Assembly: GCA_963786935.1 (NCBI GenBank)
Contig: CAWBAN010000003.1
Location: 384,001-448,000, forward strand
Length of the DNA: 64,000 nt
Direction: 5' to 3'
Source: an uncultured bacterium
GTDB lineage: Bacteria > Krumholzibacteriota > Krumholzibacteriia > Krumholzibacteriales > Krumholzibacteriaceae
This document shows positions 35,520 through 45,179 of the stretch, piece by piece; position 1 is the first letter of the stretch, and each line of letters opens with the position of its first letter. Position numbers and translations under genes: made by a program. The notes beneath the pieces are model-generated. The model was not told where the DNA came from. It saw only the letters and a list, made by a program, of their open reading frames with translations, and made no database searches.

Positions 35520-38500
35520 CGCGATCCGCAAAGTGCTCATTCTCGGGAGCGGCGGTCTCCAGATCGGCCAGGCGGGGGAGTTCGACTACTCGGGGAGCCA
35601 GGCGATCAAGGCGGCGAAGGAGGACGGCGTCGAGGTCGTTCTCATCAATCCGAACATCGCCACGATCCAGACGAGCGAGGGGATGGCGGACAAGGTCTAC
35701 TTCCTGCCCGTCGAGCCCTACTTCGTCGAGCGCGTCATCAGGAAGGAGCGTCCGGACGGCATCCTCCTCTCGTTCGGCGGGCAGACCGCGCTCAACTGCG
35801 GGACGGCGCTCGCGGAGAGCGGCGCGCTCGAGCGGCACGGCGTGAGCGTGCTCGGCACCCCCGTCGAGGCGATCGTCGCGACGGAGGACCGCAAGCGCTT
35901 CGTCGAGAAGCTCGCCGAGATCGGCGTGCTCACCCCCCGGAGCAGGGCGGTCTCGTCGGTGGAAGCGGGGCTCGGCGCCGCGGCGGGCATCGGCTATCCG
36001 GTCATGATCCGCGCCGCCTACGCGCTCGGGGGCAAGGGGAGCGGGATCGCGGCGGACGAGACGGCGCTCCGCGCGATGCTCGAAAAGGCCTTCTCGTCGA
36101 CGGGCCAGGTGCTCGTCGAGGAGTGCTTGCGGGGGTGGAAGGAGATCGAGTACGAGGTCATGCGCGACTCCTTCGACAACTGCATCACGATCTGCAACAT
36201 GGAGAATCTCGATCCGATGGGGATCCACACCGGGGAGAGCATCGTCGTCGCCCCGTCGCAGACGCTCACGAACGCCGAGTACCACAAGCTCCGCGCGGTC
36301 GCGATCAGGGTCGCGAGGCATCTCGGGATCGTCGGGGAGTGCAACATCCAGTACGCCTTCGATCCGCGGAGCGAGGACTACCGCGTGATCGAGGTCAACG
36401 CGCGCCTCTCGCGTTCGTCCGCCCTCGCCTCGAAGGCGACCGGGTATCCGATCGCCTTCGTCGCGGCCAAGCTCGCCTTCGGCGCCGCGCTCCCCGAGCT
36501 CCGGAACTCGATCACGCAGTCGACGACGGCGTGCTTCGAGCCGGCCCTCGATTACGTCGTGCTCAAGTTCCCCCGGTGGGACCTCAACAAGTTCAAGGTC
36601 GTCTCCCGCATCATCGGCTCGGAGATGAAGAGCGTCGGGGAGGTCATGGCGATCGGGCGGTGCTTCGAGGAGGCGCTCCAGAAGGCGATCCGCATGCTCC
36701 ACGTCGGGATGTACGGGCTCGTCGGGAACGGCCTGCGCTTCGAGAACGTCGAGGACGCGATCGCGAACCCGACCGATATGCGGATCTTCGCCGTCGCCGA
36801 GGCGATCCGCGCCGGCGTGACGCCCGCGCGGATCAACGAGCTCTCCGGCATCGATCCGTGGTTTCTCCACAAGATCGAGAACGTCGTCGAGACGGAAGAG
36901 CGGTTGAAAACGGAGCCCTTCACCGAGGAGCGTCTCGCCGCCGCCAAGAAATTGGGATTCTCCGATCACCAGATCGGGAAGATCCTCGGGCGCTCCGAGC
37001 TCGACGTGCGGAAGCTCCGCAAGCGCTGGGGGATCGTGCCGGCGGTGCGGCAGATCGACACGCTCGCCGCGGAATATCCCGCGAAGACGAACTACCTCTA
37101 CCTCACGTACGGCGGATCGGAGCACGACGTCGATTACGGGAAGATGCCGGGCGGAAGGGCGGTGATCGTTCTCGGAAGCGGCGCGTACCGCATCGGCTCG
37201 TCCGTCGAGTTCGACTGGTGCTGCGTGAACGCCGTGAAGACCGCGAAGGAGCTCGGGCATTCGACCGTCATGATCAACTGCAACCCCGAAACGGTCTCCA
37301 CCGATTACGACGAGTGCGACCGGCTCTACTTCGACGAGCTGAGCTTCGAGCGGGTGCTCGACGTCTACGAGCTCGAGGAGCCGCTCGGGCTCGTGCTCTC
37401 GATGGGGGGGCAGATCCCGAACAACCTCGCGATGAAGTGCCATGCGGCGGGGCTCCGGGTGCTCGGGACGAGCCCGCAGAGCATCGACCGCGCCGAGGAC
37501 CGGCACAAGTTCTCCCGGCTCCTCGACGACATCGGGATCGATCAGCCCCCGTGGCGGGAGCTCACGACGCTCGACGAGGCGAAGGCCTTCGCGGCGCGCG
37601 TCGGCTATCCCGTGCTCGTCCGCCCCTCGTACGTCCTGAGCGGCGCCGCGATGAACGTCATCTTCAACGAGGAGAACATGGAGAAGTTCATCACGATGGC
37701 CTCGAGCGTGAGCCCCGAGCATCCCGTCGTGATATCGAAGTTCATCGAGGGGGCGAAGGAGATCGAGATCGACGCGGTCGCGAGCCGCGGGCACATCGTG
37801 ATCTACGCGATGAGCGAGCACATCGAGCTCGCCGGGGTCCATTCGGGGGACGCGACGATGGTGCTCCCCCCGCAGCGGATTTGGCTCGAGACGGTGAGGA
37901 AGATCAAGCGCGTCGCGCGGGAGCTCGCGCAGTCGCTCGATATCACGGGGCCCTTCAACGTCCAGTTCGTCGCGAAGGACAACGACGTCAAGGTGATCGA
38001 GTGCAACCTGCGGGCGAGCCGGAGCTTCCCGTTCGTCTCGAAGGTCTTCAAGCACAACTTCATCGACATCGCGACGCGCGCCATCCTCGGGCGCGCGATT
38101 CCGCCGATCGACAAGTCGAGCCTCGAGCTCGACTACGTGGGGGTCAAGTCGGCCCAGTTTTCCTTCTCGCGGCTCAAGGAAGCCGACCCCGTCTGCCACG
38201 TCGAGATGTCCTCGACGGGGGAGGTCGGATGCCTCGGGGACGACGTGTACGACGCGTTCCTCAAATCGTTCCTCTCGACGGGGATGCGATTCCCGCGCGC
38301 CAACGTGCTCCTCAGCGTGAGCGGCGACGAGAACCGCTTCGAGCTCCTCGAGACGGTGAAGACGCTGCGCGAGATGAATTTCACCCTCTACGCGACCGAG
38401 CACACGGCCGCGTTCTACCGGAACCTCGGCGTCGACACGAATCTCGTGCACAAGATCCACGAGGCGAAGAAGCCGAACGTGTCGGACCTCCTCGCCTCGA

Positions 38501-38700
38501 AGAAGCTCGATCTCATCGTCAGCATGCCGAAGAATTACGGGGACATCGGCACGGGGGACAGCTACATCATCAGGCGCTGCGCCGTCGATTACTCGATCCC
38601 GCTGATCAATAACGTGCAGATCGCGAAGCTCTTCGTCGGGGCGATCTCGAAGCGCAGCATCGAGGACCTCGAAATCAAATCATGGGACGAATACGCCTGA
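35512..38700 (+). CDS. carB: Carbamoyl-phosphate synthase large subunit
   Basis: IGQAGEFDYSGSQA, two ATP-grasp halves (GWKEIEYEV; RPSYVLSG), C-terminal MGS domain. Confidence 0.96.
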   Translation: MADAIRKVLILGSGGLQIGQAGEFDYSGSQAIKAAKEDGVEVVLINPNIATIQTSEGMADKVYFLPVEPYFVERVIRKERPDGILLSFGGQTALNCGTALAESGALERHGVSVLGTPVEAIVATEDRKRFVEKLAEIGVLTPRSRAVSSVEAGLGAAAGIGYPVMIRAAYALGGKGSGIAADETALRAMLEKAFSSTGQVLVEECLRGWKEIEYEVMRDSFDNCITICNMENLDPMGIHTGESIVVAPSQTLTNAEYHKLRAVAIRVARHLGIVGECNIQYAFDPRSEDYRVIEVNARLSRSSALASKATGYPIAFVAAKLAFGAALPELRNSITQSTTACFEPALDYVVLKFPRWDLNKFKVVSRIIGSEMKSVGEVMAIGRCFEEALQKAIRMLHVGMYGLVGNGLRFENVEDAIANPTDMRIFAVAEAIRAGVTPARINELSGIDPWFLHKIENVVETEERLKTEPFTEERLAAAKKLGFSDHQIGKILGRSELDVRKLRKRWGIVPAVRQIDTLAAEYPAKTNYLYLTYGGSEHDVDYGKMPGGRAVIVLGSGAYRIGSSVEFDWCCVNAVKTAKELGHSTVMINCNPETVSTDYDECDRLYFDELSFERVLDVYELEEPLGLVLSMGGQIPNNLAMKCHAAGLRVLGTSPQSIDRAEDRHKFSRLLDDIGIDQPPWRELTTLDEAKAFAARVGYPVLVRPSYVLSGAAMNVIFNEENMEKFITMASSVSPEHPVVISKFIEGAKEIEIDAVASRGHIVIYAMSEHIELAGVHSGDATMVLPPQRIWLETVRKIKRVARELAQSLDITGPFNVQFVAKDNDVKVIECNLRASRSFPFVSKVFKHNFIDIATRAILGRAIPPIDKSSLELDYVGVKSAQFSFSRLKEADPVCHVEMSSTGEVGCLGDDVYDAFLKSFLSTGMRFPRANVLLSVSGDENRFELLETVKTLREMNFTLYATEHTAAFYRNLGVDTNLVHKIHEAKKPNVSDLLASKKLDLIVSMPKNYGDIGTGDSYIIRRCAVDYSIPLINNVQIAKLFVGAISKRSIEDLEIKSWDEYA

Positions 38701-38715
38701 GCAGGAGGAAGCGGA

Positions 38716-40365
38716 ATGTCGAAGATCGCGTACTTCTCCATGGAGATCGGCATCGACGAGCAGATCCCCACGTACAGCGGGGGCCTCGGCATCCTCGCCG
38801 GGGATACGCTCAAGTCATGCGCCGATCTCAGGGTTCCCATCGTCGCGGTGACGCTGCTGTCCGAGAACGGCTATTTCTACCAGGGGATCGACTGCGACGG
38901 CGGCCAGACGGAGCTTCCCATCAACTTCAACGTCGGCGAAGTCCTCGAGCCGCTCCCGGGGACGGCCGAGGTCATCATCGAGAACCGCCCGGTGCGGATC
39001 CGCGTGTGGCGCTACCTCCTCAAGGGCGTGACCGGGCACACCGTCCCGGTTCTGTTCCTCGACACGAACGTCGAGGGGAACGGCGAGTGGGACCGAACGC
39101 TCACGAAATACCTCTACGGCGGCGACGATAAATACCGTCTCGCGCAGGAGATCGTGCTCGGCGTGGGGGGCGTGCGCGCGCTCGAGGCGCTCGGATTCGC
39201 CGGGATCGAGCGATACCACATGAACGAGGGGCACGCCGCCGTGCTGACGCTCGAGCTCTTCAGGCAGGCGAAGGATCTCGATCGCGTGCGGCAGCGCTGC
39301 GTCTTCACGACGCATACGCCGGTCGCCGCGGGGCACGATCAGTTCGAGCTCTCGTTCGCCCGGCCGATGCTCGGCGATATGCTGCCGGATTCCCTCGTGC
39401 CGGACGTCACGTTCGAGAACAAGCTCAACATGACGATGCTCGCGCTCCATTTCAGCCGCTACGTCAACGGGGTCGCGAAAAAGCACGGCGAGGTTTCCCG
39501 GCGCATGTTCCCCGGCTATACGATCGATTCGATCACGAACGGCGTGCATTCGGCGACGTGGACGTCGGAGCCGTTCCAGCGGCTGTTCGACGCGCACATG
39601 CCGGGATGGCGCGCCGATTCGTACATTCTCCGCTCGGCGTTCGGCATCCCCAAGCAGGAGGTCTGGGCCGCGCACCAGGAGGCGGAGCACGCGCTCATCG
39701 ATTTCGTGAACGGCCGGCACAACGCGGGATTCTCCGTCGAGAGCTTCACGATCGGATTCGCGAGGAGACAGACCGCGTACAAGCGCCCCGATCTCCTCAT
39801 CTCCGATATCCCGCGGCTCCAGCGGATCGCCGAGACGGTCGGCCCCATCCAGATCGTGTACGCGGGGAAGGCCCATCCGAAAGACGCGTCCGGCAAGGAG
39901 TCGATCAAGAAGATCATCGAGACCTCGAAGAAGCTCGGCGGCAAGGTGAAGATGGTCTACATCCCCAACTACGACATCGCCATCGGGAAACTGATGGTCG
40001 CCGGCGTCGATCTCTGGCTGAACACGCCCCGGCGGCCGTACGAGGCCTCGGGGACCTCGGGCATGAAGGCCGCGCACAACGGCGTCCCGCAGTTCAGCAC
40101 GCTCGACGGGTGGTGGCTCGAGGGATGCATCGAGAACATCACCGGCTGGGCGATCGGCCCGGAGAAGACCGCGCAGCAGGAATCCGACGACGAGGTCGAC
40201 CGGCGCGATCTCTACGACAAGCTCGAGAAGCTCATCCTGCCGAAGTACTACCGCGATCGCGACAACTGGATCCGCACGATGCGGAGCTGCATCGCGATCA
40301 ACGGCTCGTTCTTTAACACGAACCGCATGGTGCAGCAGTACGTCATGAACGCCTACTTCGAGTAA
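38716..40365 (+). CDS. glgP: Alpha-glucan (glycogen/maltodextrin) phosphorylase, short form
   Basis: AYFSMEIG...YSGGLGILAGD, HMNEGH, FTTHTP, FARRQTAYKR, EASGTSGMKAAHNG. Confidence 0.92.
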   Translation: MSKIAYFSMEIGIDEQIPTYSGGLGILAGDTLKSCADLRVPIVAVTLLSENGYFYQGIDCDGGQTELPINFNVGEVLEPLPGTAEVIIENRPVRIRVWRYLLKGVTGHTVPVLFLDTNVEGNGEWDRTLTKYLYGGDDKYRLAQEIVLGVGGVRALEALGFAGIERYHMNEGHAAVLTLELFRQAKDLDRVRQRCVFTTHTPVAAGHDQFELSFARPMLGDMLPDSLVPDVTFENKLNMTMLALHFSRYVNGVAKKHGEVSRRMFPGYTIDSITNGVHSATWTSEPFQRLFDAHMPGWRADSYILRSAFGIPKQEVWAAHQEAEHALIDFVNGRHNAGFSVESFTIGFARRQTAYKRPDLLISDIPRLQRIAETVGPIQIVYAGKAHPKDASGKESIKKIIETSKKLGGKVKMVYIPNYDIAIGKLMVAGVDLWLNTPRRPYEASGTSGMKAAHNGVPQFSTLDGWWLEGCIENITGWAIGPEKTAQQESDDEVDRRDLYDKLEKLILPKYYRDRDNWIRTMRSCIAINGSFFNTNRMVQQYVMNAYFE

Positions 40366-40615
40366 CGCGGGTCCTGCCGCTGCTTGCACCCCGCGCGTGC
40401 TCACACGCAAGGCGTGTTCCGCCCGCGCAGGGACCCCAGCAGCGTCACCCGCTAACGGTGCCCACACACAGGAGCGCCACCCGTGTCACCCACAAAAAAG
40501 TCCGGTCCCCCGCAAAGGAGGACCGGACTACAAGGCGCGGGGCCTGTCGGCGATTGCACCCCGCACGTGCTCGCTGACGCTGCGCGCGTGCGGGGGCCCC
40601 ATCGCCGCCACCCGC
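40366..40615. repeat. Two degenerate direct copies (40366-40452 and 40536-40615) of a REP/MITE-like extragenic element
   Basis: The first 37 nt align at 31/37 (core TTGCACCCCGC[G/A]CGTGCTC). The ends are also similar (GGGACCCCA..CACCCGC vs GGGGCCCCA..CACCCGC). Confidence 0.6.
40494..40529 (-). terminator. Rho-independent terminator for the minus-strand gene
   Basis: Stem AGTCCGGTCC / GGACCGGACT with an adjacent A run on the + strand, which gives a U tract on the minus strand. Confidence 0.7.
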
Positions 40616-40634
40616 GCGCCTCATGCGCCGCGCA

Positions 40635-41591
40635 TTATCGCCGCTTGACCGATTTCTGCTGACGCTCCTGCTGCTGCTTCTGCTCCTGCTTCTGTTTTTC
40701 CTTCTGTTTCTGCTGCTGCCGCTGTTCCGGCGTGCGCTGCGGCTGCGTGTCGCGCCGCGGCGCACGCTCCCGCGGCACGAGCACCTCGCGCTCGACCGTC
40801 GGGCGGTGCTCCCGGACCCGATCCGCATCGCGTTCCGGCACGACCATCTTCGTCCGCGCGACTTCCTTCGGGCGGTAGTACTTCAACGGCACCTTCGGCG
40901 CGTCGGCCCTCAGATCGACGCGTTCCCGCGAGATCCGCACCGGCGGGAGCGCGCGATTCGTGATCCGCTCGACGTCGCGGTGTCCCGGCGGCTGCCTCAT
41001 CCACGCGCCGTGATGGCTCGGCTCTCCATGGAACGGGTGATGAATCCGGTGATGTCCGATATATTCGTTTGTGAAGTGATTGTAGTCGACCATGATCCAG
41101 GCGTTGAATCCGTTGTATTCCCAGGGATGATTATGCCAGTAATGGTGCGGGGGAGGCATCGGCGCCCACGCGCAGTAGTTCCCGTACGTGTACCACTCGA
41201 CCCTCGCCGGCGACCATATCCGGCCCGGCATCCAGAACCAGCCGTAGGAGGGCTCGTAATACCAGTAACCGTAGTGGAACACGAGCCATCCGAAGGGCTC
41301 ATAAGAAATCCACGCCCATCCGTCGTACGTCCAGCTCCAGTGCCCGTGGAAGAACGGGCTCCACTCCTCGACGACGTAGGGCATCCAAACCATGCCGTAG
41401 TCAGGAGTGTCCACCCATTCGCCATAATCGGACAGGTATTCGTAATCGCCGAGGTTGATCTGGAGTCCGACCGACCAGCGGCCGGAACGATGGGCGAACG
41501 CCGGCTGCGGAGTGAGCGCCGCCAGGACGAGAACGCCCAAGAGCATGATAACACAGCTCTTCGGCATCCGATTCATTAGAGAGCGGAACAT
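40635..41591 (-). CDS. Secreted Trp/Tyr-rich protein (DUF6600-like) with Q/K-rich tail
   Basis: Signal peptide; LSDYGEW..PDYG.VW.P, GHW.WT..GW.WISYEPFGW..FHYG.W, W.PA.V.W. Confidence 0.72.
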   Translation of the reverse strand: MFRSLMNRMPKSCVIMLLGVLVLAALTPQPAFAHRSGRWSVGLQINLGDYEYLSDYGEWVDTPDYGMVWMPYVVEEWSPFFHGHWSWTYDGWAWISYEPFGWLVFHYGYWYYEPSYGWFWMPGRIWSPARVEWYTYGNYCAWAPMPPPHHYWHNHPWEYNGFNAWIMVDYNHFTNEYIGHHRIHHPFHGEPSHHGAWMRQPPGHRDVERITNRALPPVRISRERVDLRADAPKVPLKYYRPKEVARTKMVVPERDADRVREHRPTVEREVLVPRERAPRRDTQPQRTPEQRQQQKQKEKQKQEQKQQQERQQKSVKRR

Positions 41592-41714
41592 ACGCTCCCT
41601 TCCTTTCTACAGGGGATTGCGCGGCCTCCGTGCCCCCGGGCCGCCGCGAAGGTCTCTCCTGTCATACGGGTTCCTTGCATGATTTGTTCCTGACCCGGGC
41701 CCTGTTTTCCCCGG

Positions 41715-43226
41715 TCATCCCTTCCGGCCTCCGAGAATCGAACCGAGCACTCCCCGCATGATCTGCCGGCCGAGCTGCGATCCCATGGCGTGCGCGGCGC
41801 TGTGCGCGAGCGACCCGAACATGTCTTTCGTCTGGGATTTCGGCTCGCGGGGCTGGCGCGGCTCCCGCGGCGCCCGCGGGGCGCCGTACGGCGTTCCCGG
41901 CGACGGCACGCGCACGTCGAACGTCTCCGCGGCGGCGCTCGCCGCGCGCTCCTCCATGCGGCGCTTGATGATCTCGTACGCCGACTCGCGGTCGATCGTC
42001 TGCTCGTAGCGCCCGAAGCGCTGCGAGCTCCGGATCAGCGCCGTCCGCTCCTCCGGCGTGATCGTTCCGATGCGACTCTCGGGCGGGAGCACGAACGCGC
42101 GCTCGACGATCATCGGGATGCCCTTCTCGTCGAGGAACGACACGAGCGCCTCGCCGACGGCGAGCTCGGTCATGACCTGTTCGATGTTCAGCCCGGGATT
42201 GGAGCGGAACGTCGCCGCCATCGCCTTGATCGCCTTCTGATCGTTCGGCGTGAACGCCCTGAGCGCGTGCTGGACGCGGTTCCCGAGCTGCGCGAGCACC
42301 TTCTCGGGGATGTCGACCGGATTCTGCGTCACGAAATAGACGCCGACCCCTTTCGAGCGGATGAGCCGGACGACCTGCTCGATCTTGTCGAGGAGGGCGG
42401 GGGAGGCGTCCTCGAAGAGGAAGTGCGCCTCGTCGAAGAAGAAGACGAGCTTCGGCCGCTCGAGGTCCCCGGCCTCGGGCAGCTGCTCGAAGAGCTCCGA
42501 CATGAGCCAGAGGAGGAAGGTCGAATAGAGCTTCGGGTGCTGGATGAGCCGGTCGGCCGCGAGAACGTTGATCATCCCGCGTCCGTCCGTGTCGTTCCTG
42601 ACGAGATCGAAGATGTCGAGCATCGGCTCGCCGAAGAATTCCTCGGCCCCCTGCGCGTCGAGCTCGAGGAGCCCCCGCTGGATCGCGCCGACGCTCGCCT
42701 TCGACACGTTGCCGTACTCCGTCGTGAACTGCGACGCGTTGTCGCCGACGAACTGCACGAGCGCGCGGAGGTCCTTGAGATCGAGGAGGAGGAGCCCGCC
42801 GTCGTCGGCGATCTTGAAGATGAGCGTGAGGACGCCGGTCTGCACCTCGTTCAGGGCGAGGAGCCGGCCGAGGAGGAGGGGCCCCATATCGGACACGGTG
42901 GCCCGCACCGGATGCCCGTTTGCGCCGGCGACGTCCCAGAACGTGACGGGGTAGCTCCGGTGCGCGAAACCGGCGAGCTCGAGCAGGGCGACCCGCTCCT
43001 CGATCTTCGGGTTCCCGCCCCCCGGCCGGCTCAAGCCCGCGAGGTCCCCCTTGACGTCGGCGAGGAACACGGGAATCCCGTTCGCGCTCAGGTTCTCGGC
43101 GATCGTCTGCAGGGTGACCGTTTTTCCGGTTCCCGTGGCTCCCGCGATGAGCCCGTGGCGGCTCACCATGCGCGGGACGAGTTGGAACTCCGACCCGGCC
43201 TTCGCGATGATCATCGGAGCGGACAT
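41715..43226 (-). CDS. DUF853 / YjgR-like HerA-family P-loop ATPase
   Basis: [52 protein letters not shown]. Confidence 0.9.
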   Translation of the reverse strand: MSAPMIIAKAGSEFQLVPRMVSRHGLIAGATGTGKTVTLQTIAENLSANGIPVFLADVKGDLAGLSRPGGGNPKIEERVALLELAGFAHRSYPVTFWDVAGANGHPVRATVSDMGPLLLGRLLALNEVQTGVLTLIFKIADDGGLLLLDLKDLRALVQFVGDNASQFTTEYGNVSKASVGAIQRGLLELDAQGAEEFFGEPMLDIFDLVRNDTDGRGMINVLAADRLIQHPKLYSTFLLWLMSELFEQLPEAGDLERPKLVFFFDEAHFLFEDASPALLDKIEQVVRLIRSKGVGVYFVTQNPVDIPEKVLAQLGNRVQHALRAFTPNDQKAIKAMAATFRSNPGLNIEQVMTELAVGEALVSFLDEKGIPMIVERAFVLPPESRIGTITPEERTALIRSSQRFGRYEQTIDRESAYEIIKRRMEERAASAAAETFDVRVPSPGTPYGAPRAPREPRQPREPKSQTKDMFGSLAHSAAHAMGSQLGRQIMRGVLGSILGGRKG

Positions 43227-43274
43227 GGCGTTCCTCCTCCGGGCGCGCGGCGCGCCGCGATTTCTCTTGCTCCG

Positions 43275-44969
43275 TCAGGTCTTCGTCGCCCTCTCGAGCC
43301 GTTTCATGACGCTGAACATGAACGTCGCCGAGAGCGTGCAGCAGGCGACGAGCACCATCCAGAGCCCCCATACGGGGAGCCGCATCCAGAGCGATCCGAT
43401 GATGGCGAGGAGATAGTTGCCGATCGCGGTCGCCGCGAACCAGCCGCCCTGCATGAGCCCCTTGTACTGGGGCGGGGCCACCTTCGACACGAACGATATT
43501 CCCATCGGGCTCAGGAACAGCTCGGCGATGGTGAGGATGAAGTACGTCCAGATCAGCCAGTACGGAGAGACGAGCTGATCGGGGGGCGCCACCGTGCCGC
43601 CGAGCATCTTCGGGCTCGAAAGCCCGATCGATCCGACGACGAGCACGAGGAAGCCGGCCGCCGTGATCAGCATCCCGTAGCCGATCTTGCGCGGGGCCGA
43701 GGGCTCCTTGCCTTTCGCGTTCAGGACGCTGAACAGCGCGACGAAGAGCGGCGTCAGGGCCACGATGAAGAACGGGTTGAAATGCTGGAATTTCTGCGGC
43801 GTGAAGGGATTCACGTCGGCGTAGCCGTTGTATCTGAGATACGCGAGCGCGGCGAAGAGGACGAAGCCGATCGCGCCGAGCCCCCGCACGAGCCCCGAGC
43901 CGCCCTTCCTGAGCGCGAAGTATGCGCCGACGACCGCGAGGAATATCGGGAGCAGGCCGAAGAGATCGAACCACAGGTTCGTCATCTTGCCCACGCTCGG
44001 CTGCGTGTAATCCCGGGCGAAGAGCGTCATCGTGACGCCGTTCTGGTGGAACGACATCCAGAAGAAGACGACGACGAAGTAAACGAGCCCGAGCGCGATG
44101 AGGCGCTCCTTCACCTGCGCCGGCGTCAGGCTCTCGACGTGCGACGGCGCAGCCGTGCCCTTCATCGCGCCTCCCGCCGTGCGGCTCACCATGTAGTCGG
44201 CGTGCCCGTAGTGCCTGCGGAAGCCCCAGAAGATGATCATCGAAACGATGAGGCTGATGCACGCCACGCCGAACCCGTAGTGATACGATTTGCTGAGGAC
44301 ATTGATGTAGTTCGTGGAGAAGGCGCCGAGCGTCTCCATCGTGATGCCCGGATCCTGCGCCTGCGCGTAGCCGAGGTACTGCGATGCGTCCGCGAGCGTG
44401 CCCTTGAGGAACTGGTTCGCGAGCGCCGGGATCCGGTTGTCGTAGAAGTAGTGCGCCTTCGAGAGGATCCAGTTGTTGATCGTCTCGGCGGCCGTCGGGG
44501 CGAACATCGCGCCGATGTTGATTCCCATGTAGAATATGCTGAACGCGCGATCGCGGCCCGCGCTGTACTTCGGATCGTCGTAGAGTTTGCCGACGAGGGC
44601 CTGCAGGTTCCCCTTGAAGAAGCCGGTGCCGAGCGCGATCGTCGCGAGCGCGGCGATGATGAGGGGGAAGCCGGTGTTCATCGTGCTCGGGATGGCGAGC
44701 AGCAGGTAGCCGATGAACATAATGATCAATCCGAGGCCGATCGTCTTCCCGTAGCCGAGGACGCGGTCGGCCAAGAGCCCCCCGAGGAGCGGGAAGAAGT
44801 AGACGCAGAACATGAAGCCGCCGTAGATCTGGCTCGCCCTCGCGGCGCTGAATCCGTATTTGGCCTGCAGGAAGAGCATGAAGATGGCCAGCATGGTGTA
44901 GAAGCCGAAGCGCTCACCCATGTTGGCGAAGAACGCGACGAACAGACCCTTCGGATGCCCTTGCAACAT
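43275..44969 (-). CDS. POT/PTR family proton-dependent oligopeptide MFS transporter
   Basis: GHPKGL, ERFGFY, GGLLADRVLG, FSIFYMGINIGA, AELFLSPMG. Confidence 0.92.
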   Translation of the reverse strand: MLQGHPKGLFVAFFANMGERFGFYTMLAIFMLFLQAKYGFSAARASQIYGGFMFCVYFFPLLGGLLADRVLGYGKTIGLGLIIMFIGYLLLAIPSTMNTGFPLIIAALATIALGTGFFKGNLQALVGKLYDDPKYSAGRDRAFSIFYMGINIGAMFAPTAAETINNWILSKAHYFYDNRIPALANQFLKGTLADASQYLGYAQAQDPGITMETLGAFSTNYINVLSKSYHYGFGVACISLIVSMIIFWGFRRHYGHADYMVSRTAGGAMKGTAAPSHVESLTPAQVKERLIALGLVYFVVVFFWMSFHQNGVTMTLFARDYTQPSVGKMTNLWFDLFGLLPIFLAVVGAYFALRKGGSGLVRGLGAIGFVLFAALAYLRYNGYADVNPFTPQKFQHFNPFFIVALTPLFVALFSVLNAKGKEPSAPRKIGYGMLITAAGFLVLVVGSIGLSSPKMLGGTVAPPDQLVSPYWLIWTYFILTIAELFLSPMGISFVSKVAPPQYKGLMQGGWFAATAIGNYLLAIIGSLWMRLPVWGLWMVLVACCTLSATFMFSVMKRLERATKT

Positions 44970-45132
44970 ACCGGTTCCTTTCTCCATAGAAGCCCCGGAT
45001 AACACCCATCGGGGATAGTAGGCGAGCCTGTTTGCCGGGGCAAGATGAATTTCGGCGGCTTTTCGGGACACCCACGACGCTCTGGGCACCTTGAAATGCC
45101 AAGGCACTCATGCCATAATATTCATCGATCCA

Positions 45133-45163
45133 ATGCGGGCCGGCCGTTCGGGCCGGCCCGCAT
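45133..45163 (-). terminator. Hairpin downstream of the czcA-like gene
   Basis: ATGCGGGCCGGCC-gttcg-GGCCGGCCCGCAT, 13-bp perfect stem, no clear U tract. Confidence 0.5.
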
Positions 45164-45179
45164 GCTGTTTGCATCCGCG

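Noticed and set aside
35425..38460. 1011-aa antisense ORF over carB (and the 829-aa alternative-frame ORF)
   Set aside because: Typical stop-poor shadow frames of a GC-rich gene.
40650..40725. CTG/TTC-rich simple repeat or CRISPR-like array
   Set aside because: It is the coding Q/K/E-rich tail of the minus-strand protein; there is no repeat-spacer structure.
41715..43226. HerA-based anti-phage system
   Set aside because: The sequence matches housekeeping-like DUF853/YjgR, and no Sir2, nuclease or NurA partner is adjacent.
41790..45002. 1070-aa plus-strand ORF
   Set aside because: Antisense to the DUF853 and POT genes; Arg/Glu/Asp-rich with no recognisable domain.
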